Numbered from the stretch's first letter, positions 27,420 through 42,149 are shown. The stretch: DNA of 64,000 nucleotides from Octopus sinensis (GCF_006345805.1 NW_021837040.1:1-64000); one strand, 5' to 3'. Notes: a model not told the origin generated them from the sequence alone. Program-made: numbers and translations.

Positions 27420-27735
27420 GGGGGAGCACTCCGTCGGTTACGACGACGAGGGTCCGAGCTGATACGATCAACGGAACAGCTTGCTCGTGAAATTAATGTG
27501 CAAGTGGCTGAGGACTCCACAGACACTTGTAACCTTAACGCAGTTCTCAGGGCGATTCAGCATGACACAGAATGTGACAAAGCCGGCCCCTTTGAAATAC
27601 AGGTACAACTGATTTTTGTCAGTTGACTGGACTGGGGCAACATGGAATAAAATCTTGCTCAAGGTCGCAACGCCTCGCAAGGAATTGAACTCATGACATT
27701 ACGATCGCGAGCAAAATAACTAAGCCACGCGCCTT
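27420..27735 (-). mobile_element. tRNA-derived SINE
   Basis: Minus-strand head ggcgcgtggcttag...gagttcaattcc. Confidence 0.7.
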
Positions 27736-27753
27736 CTCTCTCTCTCTCACTCA

Positions 27754-27818
<65 letters not shown>

Positions 27819-27819
27819 G

Positions 27820-28610
27820 CAAGGGTTGAATTGTCGGCGTTTTATATTTTTCTAATTTAGCGCATTGTTGTCTTAGATTTTGTCGTCTAAGCATTATAGT
27901 AGGTTTAGTTAGTTATTATGACACAATTCACGCAGCCAGAAACTCTGGAAACGACATGCTGTCCTGCTTGGCATTCGCCCCGGAAGTTCCAGTAGTAACA
28001 TGTACCCAGAGTTGTCATTCAGTCAACATCATGGTGTTTGGAGTGATCACTAGCGATGGCGACGTTATGCCTCCATTTATCTTCTGGCACGACCTCAGAC
28101 GCAACACGGAGGCCAACATCAAGTATCTGTAGAAGTTAGTGCTACCTTGGGTAAAGGGGGCAATTGCTGGAAGACTCTCCATGTCTGGCAACAGGACTCT
28201 GCACCTTGCCGCACAAGCAGAACCCAGTAATGTACGTCAGGAAATTTATGCGACCACATCACCCCTACCATCTGGCCGTCTAACGTCCCAGATTGCAGCC
28301 CACTTGATTATTATGTGTGGGGCGCAGTTGGGTGACGGATCAACAAAACTCCCTGTCACACAATACATGAACTGAAGGCAGGGATTATGGCAGCATTCAC
28401 CAACTTAACAAGGAGACCGTCCAGAAGAGTTGCAGGCGATCTTGAAGTCATCTGGAGACCGTCCTTGAAGCCACTGGCGATTTTGTTGAATAAATTTAGT
28501 CTTTCAAAATATTTGTATGTAATTCTGGTGATTATCAGTTAAAATGATGTGTCAGTATTATTTTCATTTTTGCCTAATTTAGAATATAGTTTAAACATCT
28601 CAACCTGTAT
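27820..28610 (+). mobile_element. Decayed Tc1/mariner transposon
   Basis: Fragments MVFGVITSDGDVMPPFIF, WQQDSAPC, WPSN.PDCSPLDYYVWG. Confidence 0.75.
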
Positions 28611-28852
28611 GCACACACATACACACTCACACATACATATAAACATACATACATATATATACATATTTATATAAATAAGGATAAGATCGTTCATTTAGAA
28701 TAAAATAACGATTTTATCAAGTAGCCAGCTTGGAAAAAATAACCTTTAAAGGTGATAATTATATGGACAGTTAAGGTCGTATTAGAATCAGATCATAGCT
28801 GCTATTTTCAGCATGGTGGTATCTCGTAGATACCCTAATTTATAATTTACAT

Positions 28853-28934
<82 letters not shown>

Positions 28935-28937
<3 letters not shown>

Positions 28938-31745
28938 GGAAAATTCGTTTAACCGAAACCTGGGTAGCAAATTCACGTCAGAAACACGGTTGAAGCGACC
29001 TGTCCAAGGGTAGAAACTCCGGGTTCATGTGCAGAAATTTGTGTGTTGTATATGAATAAATGAAAGAATGGAGTCGAACGAAGATGTTAACAAAATTCCT
29101 TTACTCTCGACATATGTTTCGAAGACAACATGTTTTCATTGCAAAGGAATAAAGGGTGCATTATGCAATCTTCACATCAGAAAAGAAAAGGAGCCTCTCT
29201 CGACAACAAGACAAACAAAAATTTCGATGACTGCCTACATGGTAAACAAAACGATAATGAGTATTTTTTTAAAAACTGTTAGAAGAATTGACGTCAAAGA
29301 TAGATAGTAGGAAGAGAAGGGTTAAAGGAATAATAGGTAGGGAACAAGTGGAGAGGGAAGGGTACGTTGATTGAAAGAATGTTCAAAGGCTTAGGAAAGA
29401 ATTTCGCTATTGAAGTGAGGTGGACGTAAAGCTAATTGTTCAAACCACAGTGACTATCGTTATCATTTATATGAGTAGAAAGTATGTTTCTGCAGTGTTT
29501 ACATTTGTATGATTTTTCCATGAGTGTGTTTACTAGGGGAACCTTAGAGAAGAGAATATGGAAGAGTTCAGAGTTGCAAATGTTACAAAATCTCCTGCCC
29601 TTATCAAAAGGAAAGGATACAGACTGTACGAACCAATCTAACTTGAAATTTATATTGTTGTCTTTAAGACGCCAAACTAATTTACTTAGCCCTGTACTAT
29701 GTCGTTTTTTACTATCCCTGAATGTTGAATAATAGTTTGAAATTCTCTTGGATAACTGGGAAGTGGACGCTCCTATATAGAAGAAGACATCGGTACCGGA
29801 AGAAATTCTACACTGGTAAATAGAATTCTTAATCTTAGAATTACTAGACAAAAATTTAATTCTGTTGGGGTTGTCCTCCGAGATCGAAACGAAGTTTTTA
29901 TTGTTATGATTGTTGTTACTATTATTATTAGCGCCAACAACTACACTATTTCTATTATTATTAGTATTATTAATGGCAATACAACCAGTAATACCACCGA
30001 CAATAATACCGTTATTGTTATTACTATCAACACTACCATTGTTATTAACACGACTAAAACTGTTATTAATATTATCATTGTTAACACTTTCGCTGCTACC
30101 AATGCTGTTACTATTAATACTATTCCTATTATTATGATTGTATGATGGGTTGGAATTAGCAAGATTAATGTTGGAACTCCCGGTTGAAGAATCTTTTTGT
30201 AGCAGCTTGGTATTGTGGGTAGATATAATTTGTGAAAGATTTCTAGTGTTAGAGAAAGCGATTCTGACTATGTGGGAATTGATAATAGAATGATATCTAG
30301 AATTTCTGGGAAAGTTCCTAGCAACGGCTTCACGGAACTGTAAGGGAAGGTTCGATTTAATTTGTTTTCCGAAAGGTATTACGAACCAGATACAGTTTTT
30401 TGTGGCCTTTGAATTGTTCTTAGTGTTATTTGTGATAGTAAGGGGAAAATTTCTGGGTTGGAAATTTGGTGTTGAATGGCGCTTACCTCCCCTAGTCCGT
30501 AAAGAATTTATTTTACGTACAGGGTTGCTGGCACTATTAGAATTGAAATCATTATTCCTATTACGAGTAACTTTTCTATCTGGAGAAGCAGATGTTGGTT
30601 TAGAATGAGCTGAATCGATGTATGACACTTTCTCCTTATAACCGGCTTTTAACAAGGAGGCGTTATAGAAGTCTGCCTTTTGGTTAAATATGTCGACATT
30701 AGCAGATAATTTAGACAGTCTCAAAGATATGTTTTTGACTAAATTATCGGTAATTGGCCTGGCATGATTACTGAAAATGCTAATATACTTAAGATTTGTG
30801 GAAGGTTTATGATAAGGGAAGTATGAGTTATTCTGAAAATTGAGGGTAATGTCTAAGAAGTTGGCTTTAGTTAATTCATCCTCAAAAGCGATGCGCAAGC
30901 CCATTCTACTTAAAAAACCTAACTAATCTGTTCTTAACCTTCTGTATTTTTTGGTTTGAAACGTTTTGGAGGTAAAGCAGACAATCGTCGCAATAAAGAC
31001 CTCCACAGATGTCCGGGAATTGGTCGGCCATTTCATTAAGAATATAAATTCCGACCAAATCGGCTATCTGGGCGCTGTCTGTACTTCCCATTAGTACATC
31101 AAACGGATTAGGAGTATCTCTACGGACCCACAACTTGCTATCGAACTGTATGAAAGATTTCCTAGCAGTCAATATCACACTAATTTCCTCCCTGGAGAGG
31201 CCTGCCTTATTATGTGCGTGCCATAGGGCCTTATTAAGTATAATAGGGTTGGTTGAAGAATAGAAACTAGATATATCGAATTGGATAAATTTAGTGTTGG
31301 CCTTATCAGTAATAGAAGTAACCCACATTACACTTGAACAGAATTGGACCATAAGCTAAGTTAATTTATTAATTAATATAGGGATGTACTTATCTAATAT
31401 GTATTTACTAAGGGTACCGATGTCTGACTGGAAGGGCATATGAGCCGCAATGCTGGGTTAGTATGAAAGTTCTGCTCGTGGTCCTTTAAGATGAATCTGG
31501 GTTGCCTAGGGTTCAATGGGCCCGTCCTCATCTGTAATCCGTAAGTTTCCATAATCCGTTTAGTTTCTAAGTTGGCCTGTCTGAGTGTATTCCTACTTGT
31601 TGTCCGGTAATTCTTATGTATCTCCTTTTCGGGCAGTTCCAAATAATGGCTCTTGGTAAGCTTATAGATGTTGCCGGTTTTATCCGATTGGACCAAAATA
31701 GAATCCAAGTTGTTTATATCTCTAGAGACGTTATCGAGGTATCTG
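28935..31745 (-). mobile_element. Penelope-like retroelement (RT, Asn-rich linker, GIY-YIG), 5'-truncated
   Basis: SDKTGNIY, FDISSFYSS, MGSTDS, LYCDDCL, FLDITL, SIYQCRI..YIGASTS..RISNYYSTF, CNICNSE. Confidence 0.92.
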
Positions 31746-31779
31746 AGGTGCTTATACTTCCCTTATCATAAACTCATAG

Positions 31780-32987
31780 ACGGAATCGCGTTCTCTAACA
31801 CTAGAAATATTTCACAAATTATATCTTCCCACAATACCAAGCTGCTAAACAAAGATTCTTCACCGGGTGTTCCAACACTAATTTGCTAATTCCAACCCAT
31901 CATACAATCATAATAATAGGAATAGTATTAATAGTAACAGCATTGGTAGCAGCGAAAGTGTTAACAATGATAATATTAATAATAGTATTAGTCGTGTAAT
32001 AACAATGGTAGTGTTGATGGTAATAACAATAACGGTATTATTGTCGGTGTATTATGGTTGTATTGCCATTAATAATACTAATAATAATAGAAATAGTGTA
32101 GTTGTTGGCGCTAATAATAATAGTAACAACAATCATAACAATAAAAATTCGTTTCGATCTCGGAGGACAACCCCAACAGAATTAAATTTTTGTCTAGCAA
32201 TTCTAAGATTAGAATTCTATTTACCAGTGTAGAATTTCTTCCGGTACCGATGTCTTCTTCTATATAGGAGCGTCCACTTCCCAGTTATCCAAGAGAATTT
32301 CAAACCATTATTCAACATTCAGGGATAGTAAAAAACGACATAGTACAGGGCTAAGTAAATTAGTTTGGCGTCTTAAAGACAACAATATAAATTTCAAGTT
32401 AGATTGGTTCGTACTGTCTGTATCCTTTCCTTTTGATAAGGGCAGGAGATTTTGTAACATTTGCAACTCTAAACTCTTCCATATTCTCTTCTTTAAGGTT
32501 CCCCTAGTAAACACACTCATGGAAAAATCATACAAATGTAAACACTGCAGAAACATACTTTCTACTCATATAAATGATAACGATAGTCACTGTGGTTTGA
32601 ACAATTAGCTTTACGTCCACCTCACTTCAATAGCGAAATTCTTTCCTAAGCCTTCGAACATTCTTTCAATCAACGTACCCTTCCCTCTCCACTTGTTCCC
32701 TACCTATTATTCCTTTAACCCTTCTCTTCCTACTATCTATCTTTGACGTCAATTCTTCTAACAGTTTTTTTTAAAAAACACTCATTATCGTTCTGTTTAC
32801 CATGTAGGCAGTCATCGAAATTTTTGTTTGTCTTGTCGAGAGAGGCTCCCTTTCTTTCCTGATGAGAAGATTGCATAATGCACCCTTTATTCCTTTGGAA
32901 TGAAAACATGTTGTCTTCGAAACATATGTCGAGAGTAAAGGAATTTTGTTAACATCTTCGTTCGACTCCATTCTTTCATTTATTCAT
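31780..32987 (+). mobile_element. Inverted duplicate of the Penelope 3' end
   Basis: Reverse complement of ~29049-30262. Confidence 0.92.
32854..32935 (+). ncRNA. Type I hammerhead ribozyme in the Penelope 3' repeat; sister copy at 29104-29185 (-) has core CTGATGT
   Basis: ctttc-CTGATGA-gaaga...tcttc-GAAAC-atat-GTC-gagag. Confidence 0.85.
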
Positions 32988-33134
32988 ATATATATATATA
33001 TATATATATGAAAGAAAAAAGGTGTTCAGAATGCTGGATGGTTGTAAAAATATGTTTATTTACATATCATATATTATTTCTTCATGTTAGCGCTTTCAAG
33101 TACTCCTAATATGCGCCAATAAGAAGAAATAATA

Positions 33135-33275
33135 TTAGGTTGTCCCAAAAGTTCGTAAACACTTGCGAAAATTGAATTTTTACTCGCCAAGTACTAACAA
33201 AAACAACAAAAATTATTCCTCAAAATAAAGACCATTATTTTACAAGACTTTCTACGAACTTTTGGGACAACCTTA
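33135..33275. mobile_element. Tc1/mariner-type MITE nested within a larger inverted repeat (33006-33345)
   Basis: TIRs ttaggttgtcccaaaagttcgta / tacgaacttttgggacaacctta, TA on both sides. Confidence 0.75.
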
Positions 33276-33378
33276 TATGTGATGTGTAAATAAATATATA
33301 TTTTTACAATCACCAAGCATTCTGAACACCTTTTTTCTTTCATATGTATTAAATCTGTACATCACCCCCAATACTCCT

Positions 33379-33419
<41 letters not shown>

Positions 33420-33543
33420 CATACATACAGATGGTTACGATGTTGACAATGGTTTATGTTGGTGTTTGTGATTAGCCCCATTGTGACATATTATGTTTTG
33501 GTTATGGTAGTGGGAGAAATAAGAAATATAAAATTGCACTCAC

Positions 33544-33937
33544 TTTTATTGGTTCTCATTGGTTTATATTGACGTTCCCTGTCTCTCGGTTACATGCACA
33601 TGAGGAAATGGCATCTCTGGCATCTTTCTTGCATATACAGTAGAATATAAAGATAAACATTCCGAGAAGGATATTGAAGATAATGAAGAGTATGTGAAAC
33701 ACTTCAGCTCCTTCTTCCACAGCGATGAATGCTATGACCCAAGATAACACGAACAAGAAGGTCACACTAAAGATGCCAAAAACACGCATTTTCTTTATTT
33801 CGTGTTCAGACTGCTCGTCACTTTTCTTTGAGCTACGTCGACAGATAGCGAGAAAAATCACGATAAAGTTGAAGAGGAGAATGGCCACCACAGGAGCCAG
33901 GAAAGCGGCATAGAAAGGCACCTTGGATAGCCAGCAG
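33544..33937 (-). CDS. Adhesion-GPCR-like gene, TM5-TM7 exon with in-frame TGA at 33556-33558
   Basis: CWLSKVPFYAAFLAPVVAILLFNFIV...LFVLSWVIAF...LFIIFNILLGMFIFIFYC (secretin/adhesion family 7TM pattern); tttttag acceptor, gtgagt donor. Confidence 0.85.
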
Positions 33938-34163
33938 CTAAAAAGAGATAGGGAATTAATTAACAAAGGAAATTTAACAAATGTCCAGTTAATAAAATGA
34001 GATGATTTTGATCTGAAACAAAACGAAATATCATGCGCAATCTTGCCGTATTTCACATTAACTAAGGTATTCATATAAAAAAACTTCAGTATCAAGACAA
34101 TTTAAAACGCACACAAACACATATTGTCACATAGTGCCTAACAGAAACCACTTTATATAAATG

Positions 34164-34201
<38 letters not shown>

Positions 34202-34424
34202 ATATGTTTTTGCTCCGCCTCTGTTCTGTTTTTGTTTTTCCAACGGATTTCCTTTTTTCTTCCTGAAGAGAAAGACACAATATGGTCCCATTATTCAATC
34301 GGATTTTGGTAATTTGTGCCTTTCGAAACACGTAGAATGAAATAAAACGATTTCTGTTCAATCTGCGTTCAGCTCCATTTCTTCAATTCACCAATAATGT
34401 TATATATATATATATATATATATC

Positions 34425-34732
34425 ACCGTAATCACCGTGACTGACCAGGCTATCAGATGTTGCTACACATGCTGGTCACAATGCGCTTCGCATTGTTTTA
34501 GCCTCCAAATGATGCCACCCCGCTGGCTAAGCGAGCAGGCCAACAGAAGAAAGAGTGAGAGAAAGTTGTGGCGAAAGAGTACAGCAGGGATCGCCACCCC
34601 CCTTGCCGGAGCCACGTGGAGCTTTAGGTGTTTTTGCTCAATAAACACTCACAAAGTCCGGTCTGGGAACCGAAACCGCGATCCTACAACCGCGAGTCCG
34701 CTGCCCTAACCACTGGTCCATTGCGCCTCCAC
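34425..34732 (-). mobile_element. tRNA-derived SINE
   Basis: Head tggaggcgcaatggaccagtggttagggcagcggactcgc; same family at 63563. Confidence 0.75.
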
Positions 34733-34807
34733 ATATATATAAAATTTTTGATATCATTTTTTCTTCTTATGCATACATAAACACAAACACACACGCACAG
34801 ACACACA

Positions 34808-34924
<117 letters not shown>

Positions 34925-35864
34925 ATAAGAAAAAGGAGTTAAAAGTTGGAGGTAGATATCAATAAAGTATTCAGTTTTAAACGAATTTAGTTCATTATAT
35001 CAAACAATCAGACATCAATAACTGCAACGATGCTTTCTATATCTAAGTATGTTGATACCACAGAGACAAGTCTCGATTTGTTATGGTGAATTATAAAACT
35101 AAACATGATTTCTCTATCCATATATATATATATATATATATATACATGAACGTACATAAAGAGGAGATACAAATATTACAGGCGCTCCCCCCCACACACA
35201 CTCACACTAACTAAACATAGACACACGTAGATGTATACCCATGCGCAAACGAAGACACATACAATAGAAATACAAAATCCAAAATGGCTGACCGTTAGTA
35301 AGGAGAGACACACAAACATGAGAGAAGAAAGCAAAGGATCACTGATGCGGTCACAGGAGTGTGACGAAAGAACTCTAGCCAAAATAAGATTAAGATTAAT
35401 GTAAAAAATAAATAATACTGAAGCAAAGTAACACCAAATATATAGTGCGTGTGTTTTTATTGGCTAAACTGGGAAAATGACCATTCCTAACTACAACGAT
35501 ATCTGTTTCAACACAAGATTTCACATAAAAAATCTTGCAAAACAAATATATAAACGTATATATATATAATTTATAAATGAGGGTGAAATATTTGATATTA
35601 ATTTAATAATACCATCCATTTAACACCAAGTGGCTTAGCACATAAGAACCAGGGATACAATACAAATTTATACATAAATATGAGAGAGAGACTACTATGT
35701 GGTCTACCCTAGTGCTAAAAATAGATCCACTATGGTATTGCCACTAAAAAATTGTTTCCAATGAGAAATAACACAACATTTAAACGTGGGGCAAGTGAAA
35801 AATAACGAAAAAATAGATTAACCCTGAACAATTGTTTCATTATTAATGTAAATGCAATTTTACT

Positions 35865-35896
<32 letters not shown>

Positions 35897-36479
35897 CTTT
35901 ATTAATATACCTGCATAGACATATGTTATATTGTAATACTACTCAGTGGCTGTGTGAGCTACGAAATCCTCGTCGCCACTGTTATATCGCACGTCTAGAT
36001 GACCTCTACTCACTTTACTACACACACGGCTACTCTGTTCTAGTCTACCTGACGTCTAGGCTTCTCCCTCTATATCTACGTATTGGGCTAGCCTACTTCG
36101 TCGTCTGGAGGCGTCCACACAACAACATCACAAAAACTGTTACACTGAGTTTCACGTTCCCGTTCTTCGGACAGTTTTGGTTTAGAATGGAACAACATAT
36201 GGTTATATGTGTAAATATACAATTTCTTTCAAAGATACACATTTGAAAATGGATTTGTTTCATTGGTCCTTTTAACTAACGGTCTCGTCAATAACAGACT
36301 TTATGAAATTACAATTACGGTTTAAAATCACTTTATAAAAATATAAGCAAACCTTAAATTAAAAGTAACTTTAGTAGAAGGAAAAAAACGTAAATCAATT
36401 AATGGTAAAAAAAAATTGTAAATTTAAATGAATCAAAAGATGTTTAAAATAAAAACATACATAAATGACTAACGACTGC

Positions 36480-36670
36480 TAATTTATGAAGTTCGATTTT
36501 GTCGACTTTTAGATAAGACTTGGCCAAGCAGTATGTCAGCATCGATAACTCGGATTTAAATATTACCCTGCATGCAAGGAAATCCATCCCCCTTTTCGAT
36601 GATTCCACCTGGGTTAAAAAGGGTGAAGATTCTCTGTTCGCTATACCGATGGGGACATATGACGGGGTGC
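36480..36670 (+). mobile_element. Short Penelope RT relic
   Basis: FMKFDFVDF..HARKSI..WVKKG..F.IPMGTYDG resembles the RT at 30906-31352. Confidence 0.6.
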
Positions 36671-36970
36671 CATTGTATATGCTTAGAATTTTTCACTTAC
36701 GAACATTTCTGATCTTCGCTTTTGGATTCGGCTTCTACACCTAATAGATAGACATATATTTTGTCTTACCTTATGGGTACATGTTTCGACTTCATATTTT
36801 ATATCCGACTTTTAAGAAAGCCTTCGACTATTTTATAAATTTAAATTTAAGTTTCACCGAGGTTTAATTTTTCACTCATTTTAAATATTTAAATTTTAAA
36901 TTATTTCAAATTTTTATATTTAAATTTATATATTTATATTACATTTAAGTATATTATATTAATTTATTGT

Positions 36971-37490
36971 ATCAGGTCATCCCATAAGTTCTGTCCGATT
37001 TTACCTTTTTTAAAATTGAATTATTGAATATTTTAGAATGTCTAATGGAATTAAAAAGTATTTTTATGCATTTGTGTACATTTAAACTACTTAAATATTA
37101 TTTTACATATTAATAGATGGAAACACCTTATAATTCCAAACAAATTTATTTCAATATGGGGTAGGACCGCCTTTGGCAGTAATTGAATTCTACGAGGTAT
37201 GGACTCATGCAAAGTTTGAATTGTTTCTAAAGGGAATTTTGTCCATTCTTCAGCTAAAAGTTTCCAGTTCTTGTAGTGATGATGGTGGAGGATATCGACT
37301 CCTTACTTGTTTTTCTGTAATGTACCATAAATGTTCAATGATATTGAGATGTGGGGAGTGTGGTGGCCAGATAAGATGTTCCACTTCACTAGAAAGCGCC
37401 TCGTGTCATCAGTAACAACTTTAGCTGCGTGAATTGGTCGTCCTGAAAGATTGCGTTTCCCTCCGGAAACAGTTCCGCAACCATAGGATA
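36971..37490 (-). mobile_element. Tc1-like transposon relic
   Basis: HPMVAELFPEGNAIFQDD-like segment and HLIWPPHSPHLNIIEHLW on the minus strand. Confidence 0.65.
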
Positions 37491-38633
37491 AATGTGGGTG
37501 TGTGTATGTGTATAAATGTATGTATGTATGGATGTATGGAGGTATGTATGTATGTATACGTATGTATGTGTATGTGTGTATATGTATGTATGTGTATGTG
37601 TGTATATATATGTATATGTGTGTATGTGTGTATATATATGTATATATATGTATATGTATATATGTGTATATATATGTGAATATATATATATATATATATA
37701 CATGTATGTATTTGTATGTAGGTGTATATGTATGTGTGTGTATTTATATTTATGGTGTATATATATGTATAGACTAGCCTTCTAAGAGTGTAGACATGAA
37801 TCTGTAGGTACGCGTACGTATGTGTATATACGTGAATGTATGTAGATGTATGTATGTATGAATATAACGCGTGCGTGCGTGTATGTGTATGAGTGTACGA
37901 ATGAGTGAGTGTACGTGCTAAAGAGTGTGCGTGAGTGAATGAGTGCTTGTTTTCCAGTAGACAGATAAATGGACTGGCTGTCATAGCCAAGATGTTTGTG
38001 ACCAAGTGGCCAAAGATAACAAAAGTAATAAACGAAGATAATAAAATTAAAATTAGGGAATGGGTCTGTATTTGTATGTGTATATATATGTGTGTATGTG
38101 TAGGTATGCATAGGTACACATATGTATATATATATATATATATGTATGTATATGTATGTATGTGTGTGTATATATGTGTGTATGTGTATATATGTGTATA
38201 TAGGGACTAATGTGCTGCGTGTGCATGTGTGTGTGTGGATATGTGTGTGTATGCGTGTATGTGAGTATGTGTGTGTATGTGTATATAAATTTTTCTGTGT
38301 GTATATGTATACATATATGTGTATGTGTAGATATGTATATGTATATATGTTTGTATGTGTTGTTATATATGTATACATATGTGCATAGGTATAAGTGAGA
38401 ATCTCCTTATTTACCTAAAACTCTATTCCCCCTTTTTTTATATATATATTTTTTATTTTTTTATTTTTTTATTTTTTTATTTTTTTATTTATTCTTCTAT
38501 CTAATTTAACACTGACTCCTTGACCCACCCCCCAAGTATGATATTTTGCGCTATGCCTACCCCCAAAAAGTCCCCCACCAACACCCCTTTAACCTGCCTA
38601 AATGTATAAATGCCAATACAATTCTTGTTAACT

Positions 38634-38683
38634 AGCTTCCTGAAGATTCTCTTGAATGAAACAGTTCTAGTCCTGTAGAAGCT
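38634..38683 (+). ncRNA. Hammerhead motif with extended stem III
   Basis: agcttc-CTGAAGA-ttctcttgaat-GAAACAG..CTGTA-gaagct; stem II register off by one base. Confidence 0.55.
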
Positions 38684-38769
38684 CCTTCTATATAATAAAT
38701 TAATTTTACTCTGCTATGTATTGAGTACCTTATTTACTGTGGTTAACCCCGAATCAACCCGGGACCTAC

Positions 38770-38800
<31 letters not shown>

Positions 38801-39228
38801 GTTGAAACACTCCCGTTACAACCTGGGGCCTTGAAGGCTGCTTTAATGCAAGAAAGTATATTAGTCCCTTAATATTTGATATTCAATATTTCATCTATTC
38901 AATAAGACAATCAATACTTCATTTCATTAGTTAGTTAGTTAGTTAATTTTGGGGCTCAAAAAGCAAAAAGCAAGGCCATGAAGGGGGACATGGAGTTATG
39001 TACAGGGTGGTGTTCATGTAAAGAGTTCAGGCCACTTGTGGTCAAGGGAGACTTTGAACCGAGCGGTCGTCGGCATCTTCACCATCTCGTCCGGCAGCTT
39101 ATTCCACGGATCCGCAACCCGGACGGAGAAAGCTCCTCTCCTTCATTATACTATATATTCTATATTCTACATTAATATTATAATGAATATAAATAAAACA
39201 TAAAAAACAGACAGTTGGAATTTCTTTG

Positions 39229-39298
<70 letters not shown>

Positions 39299-39312
39299 AT
39301 ATATAATAAAAT

Positions 39313-41100
39313 ATTAGGGAATAAATCCAAATTTACAGGGAAAAATCAGATTTAGGATTGAATCCAATTTTATAGTAAAATAATATATAATATTAATTAG
39401 AGACAAAACCACTATTTTGTAAATCAAACAAGGAAAGACTTAATCAATACATAAAAAAATTTTAATATAAAGTAAATAAATCGCCACTACAATTGTTTCC
39501 TGTCTTCAAATGACATTCATCAGGTGGATTTCATATCTAAAAATATCAATATTTTAAAAGTTAATTTAAAATGGCTAAAACTATAAATAATATAAATTTA
39601 TCAATGAAAAAATATAAAAATATATAATCTATATATAATCTATACATAATCTATATATAATCAATATATAATCAAGAACTAAAATAAACTCTATAAACAA
39701 TTGAATATAAAGAAACCTATTATTAAAGTTCTCATATTTAAAGATGAAGAATCTAATTTCAAAAAACAAAAAACAAAAAACAAACAACAAAACACAAAAA
39801 ACAAAAAAACAAAAAACAAAAAAACAAAAGCAAAACACAAAAATAAAAACAAACTATATATACACACATGCTCATACACATATATCTAAGTATATATAAA
39901 CATATCTAAATACATACACTAACTCACACTCCCATATATATCTCTCTATACATACACATAAACAACTAATAAATTAATAAAATAGCCAAATACCTCAACA
40001 CATTACTTATTCATACTCCCTCACACACACATACAAATTTGTTTTAGAGTGGGGTTGGGGTTTTTTAATAGTATATTGCTATGTATCTGCTGAATTTGTC
40101 ACTCATCTGTGTTGAATTAGCGGTAGGAGTGCAGTTGTATGTGAGGGATTGTGTGTGAATGTGTGTGGGTGTCCATTGTTTATGTGTAGAAATGTTGTTT
40201 TTCTTTTGAGTGTTTATGTATGTGTGAAGGTGTGTGTGTGTGTGTGTTGTTTACGTATTTGTGTATGTTTTGTTGAATGCATGTGGTATTTGGATATGTG
40301 TGTGTGTGTGTTGGGTTTAAGTATTAATGTATTGTGGTGGTATATATGTGGTATTTGGTATTTGATAGTTTCTTGCTAAGAATGAAATGTTTATATTGTT
40401 GTGGTTGAGTATACGTGGATGCTGGTTGTGTGGTTGTCATGCAGAGTGATTGTGTTTATGAATGAGGGTTGTATGTGTGTGTGAGGGAGTATGAATAAGT
40501 AATGTGTTGAGGTATTTGGCTATTTTATTAATTTATTAGTTGTTTATGTGTATGTATAGAGAGATATATATGGGAGTGTGAGTTAGTGTATGTATTTAGA
40601 TATGTTTATATATACTTAGATATATGTGTATGAGCATGTGTGTATATATAGTTTGTTTTTATTTTTGTTTTTTGCTTTTTGTTTTTTGTTTTTTTGTTTT
40701 TTGTGTTTTGTTGTTTGTTTTTTGTTTTTTGAAATTAGATTCTTCATCTTTAAATATGAGAACTTTAATAATAGGTTTCTTTATATTCAATTGTTTATAG
40801 AGGTTATTTTAGTTCTTGATTATATATTGATTATATATAGATTATGTATAGATTATATATAGATTATATATTTTTATATTTTTTCATTGATAAATTTATA
40901 TTATTTATAGTTTGAGCCATTTTAAATTAACTTTTAAAATATGATATTTTTAGATATGAATCCACCTGATGAATGTCATTTGAAGACAGGAAACAATTGT
41001 AGTGGCGATTTATTTACTTTATATTAAATTTTTTTTATGTATTGATTAAGTCTTTCCTTGTTTGATTTACAAAATAGTGGTTTTGTCTCTAATTAATATT
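39313..41100. repeat. Large inverted repeat (arms ~39389-40036 and ~40469-41100), Penelope-like non-coding relic
   Basis: Arms are near-exact reverse complements; the same terminus recurs at 44415-44690. Confidence 0.9.
40962..41005 (+). ncRNA. Type I hammerhead (mirror copy at 39484-39527 on the minus strand)
   Basis: ccac-CTGATGA-atgtc atttgaa gacag-GAAAC-aatt-GTA-gtgg. Confidence 0.8.
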
Positions 41101-41124
41101 ATATATATATATATATTATTATAC

Positions 41125-41163
<39 letters not shown>

Positions 41164-41179
41164 GTATATATTATATATG

Positions 41180-41267
<88 letters not shown>

Positions 41268-41549
41268 ATTAATTAATAAGGTGAGAGAATTAGATACTAA
41301 TTTAATAGTATATTTATTTATTCCACACAAGTGGCCTAGTGCTACGAGAAACCTGGATTATTATATATTTTATAACATATTATAATATTTTCAACAATAA
41401 ATATAAGAGAGTGGTCACTATATTGATCACTCTAGCACCAGTTAATCCAAAAGGTTTCAACCACGAAAACATGTTTCCCATGAAAGCCAAGTACGACTGT
41501 TAGCTCACACGGACAGGGCAAATAAAAAACAACAAAAATACAGATTATT

Positions 41550-41625
41550 TTGGGACAATTGTTTCGCTATTAATGAATTAAATGTAATATTACTTACAAT
41601 AATCCATTTGTAGCTCGTCAGCCAA
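41550..41625 (-). ncRNA. Hammerhead ribozyme, array unit 1
   Basis: ttgg-CTGACGA-gcta...tagc-GAAAC-aatt-GTC-ccaa on the minus strand. Confidence 0.85.
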
Positions 41626-42074
41626 GACTATCTGGATGAAATCCACTCAATCACACACCAGATTTTACCATAACGATAAATACGCGTGTGGTTCAATTGA
41701 TTACACCGACGTTATAATTCAAATGCCCCAACCAACAGCGCGCCAAACTCTCACGGAAACAATACAGCATTTAGAATAAATGCAGCATAATTATAATTAT
41801 TAATAAGGTGAGAGAATTAGATACTATTTAATAGTATATTTATTCACACCAAGTGGCCTAGTGCTACGAGAAAACTGGATTATTATAATATTTTATAACA
41901 TATTATAATATTTTCACAAAATAAATATAAGAGAGTGGTCACTATATTGATCACTCTAGCACCAGTTAATCCAAAAGTTTCAACCACGAAAATACATGTT
42001 TCCCATGAAAGCCAAGTACGACTGTTAGCTCACACGGACAGGGCAAATAAAAAACAACAAAAATACAGATTATT

Positions 42075-42149
42075 TTGGGACAATTGTTTCGCTATTAATG
42101 AATTAAATGTAATATTACTTACAATAATCCATTGTAGCTCGTCAGCCAA
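42075..42149 (-). ncRNA. Hammerhead ribozyme, array unit 2
   Basis: Same intact motif. Confidence 0.85.
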
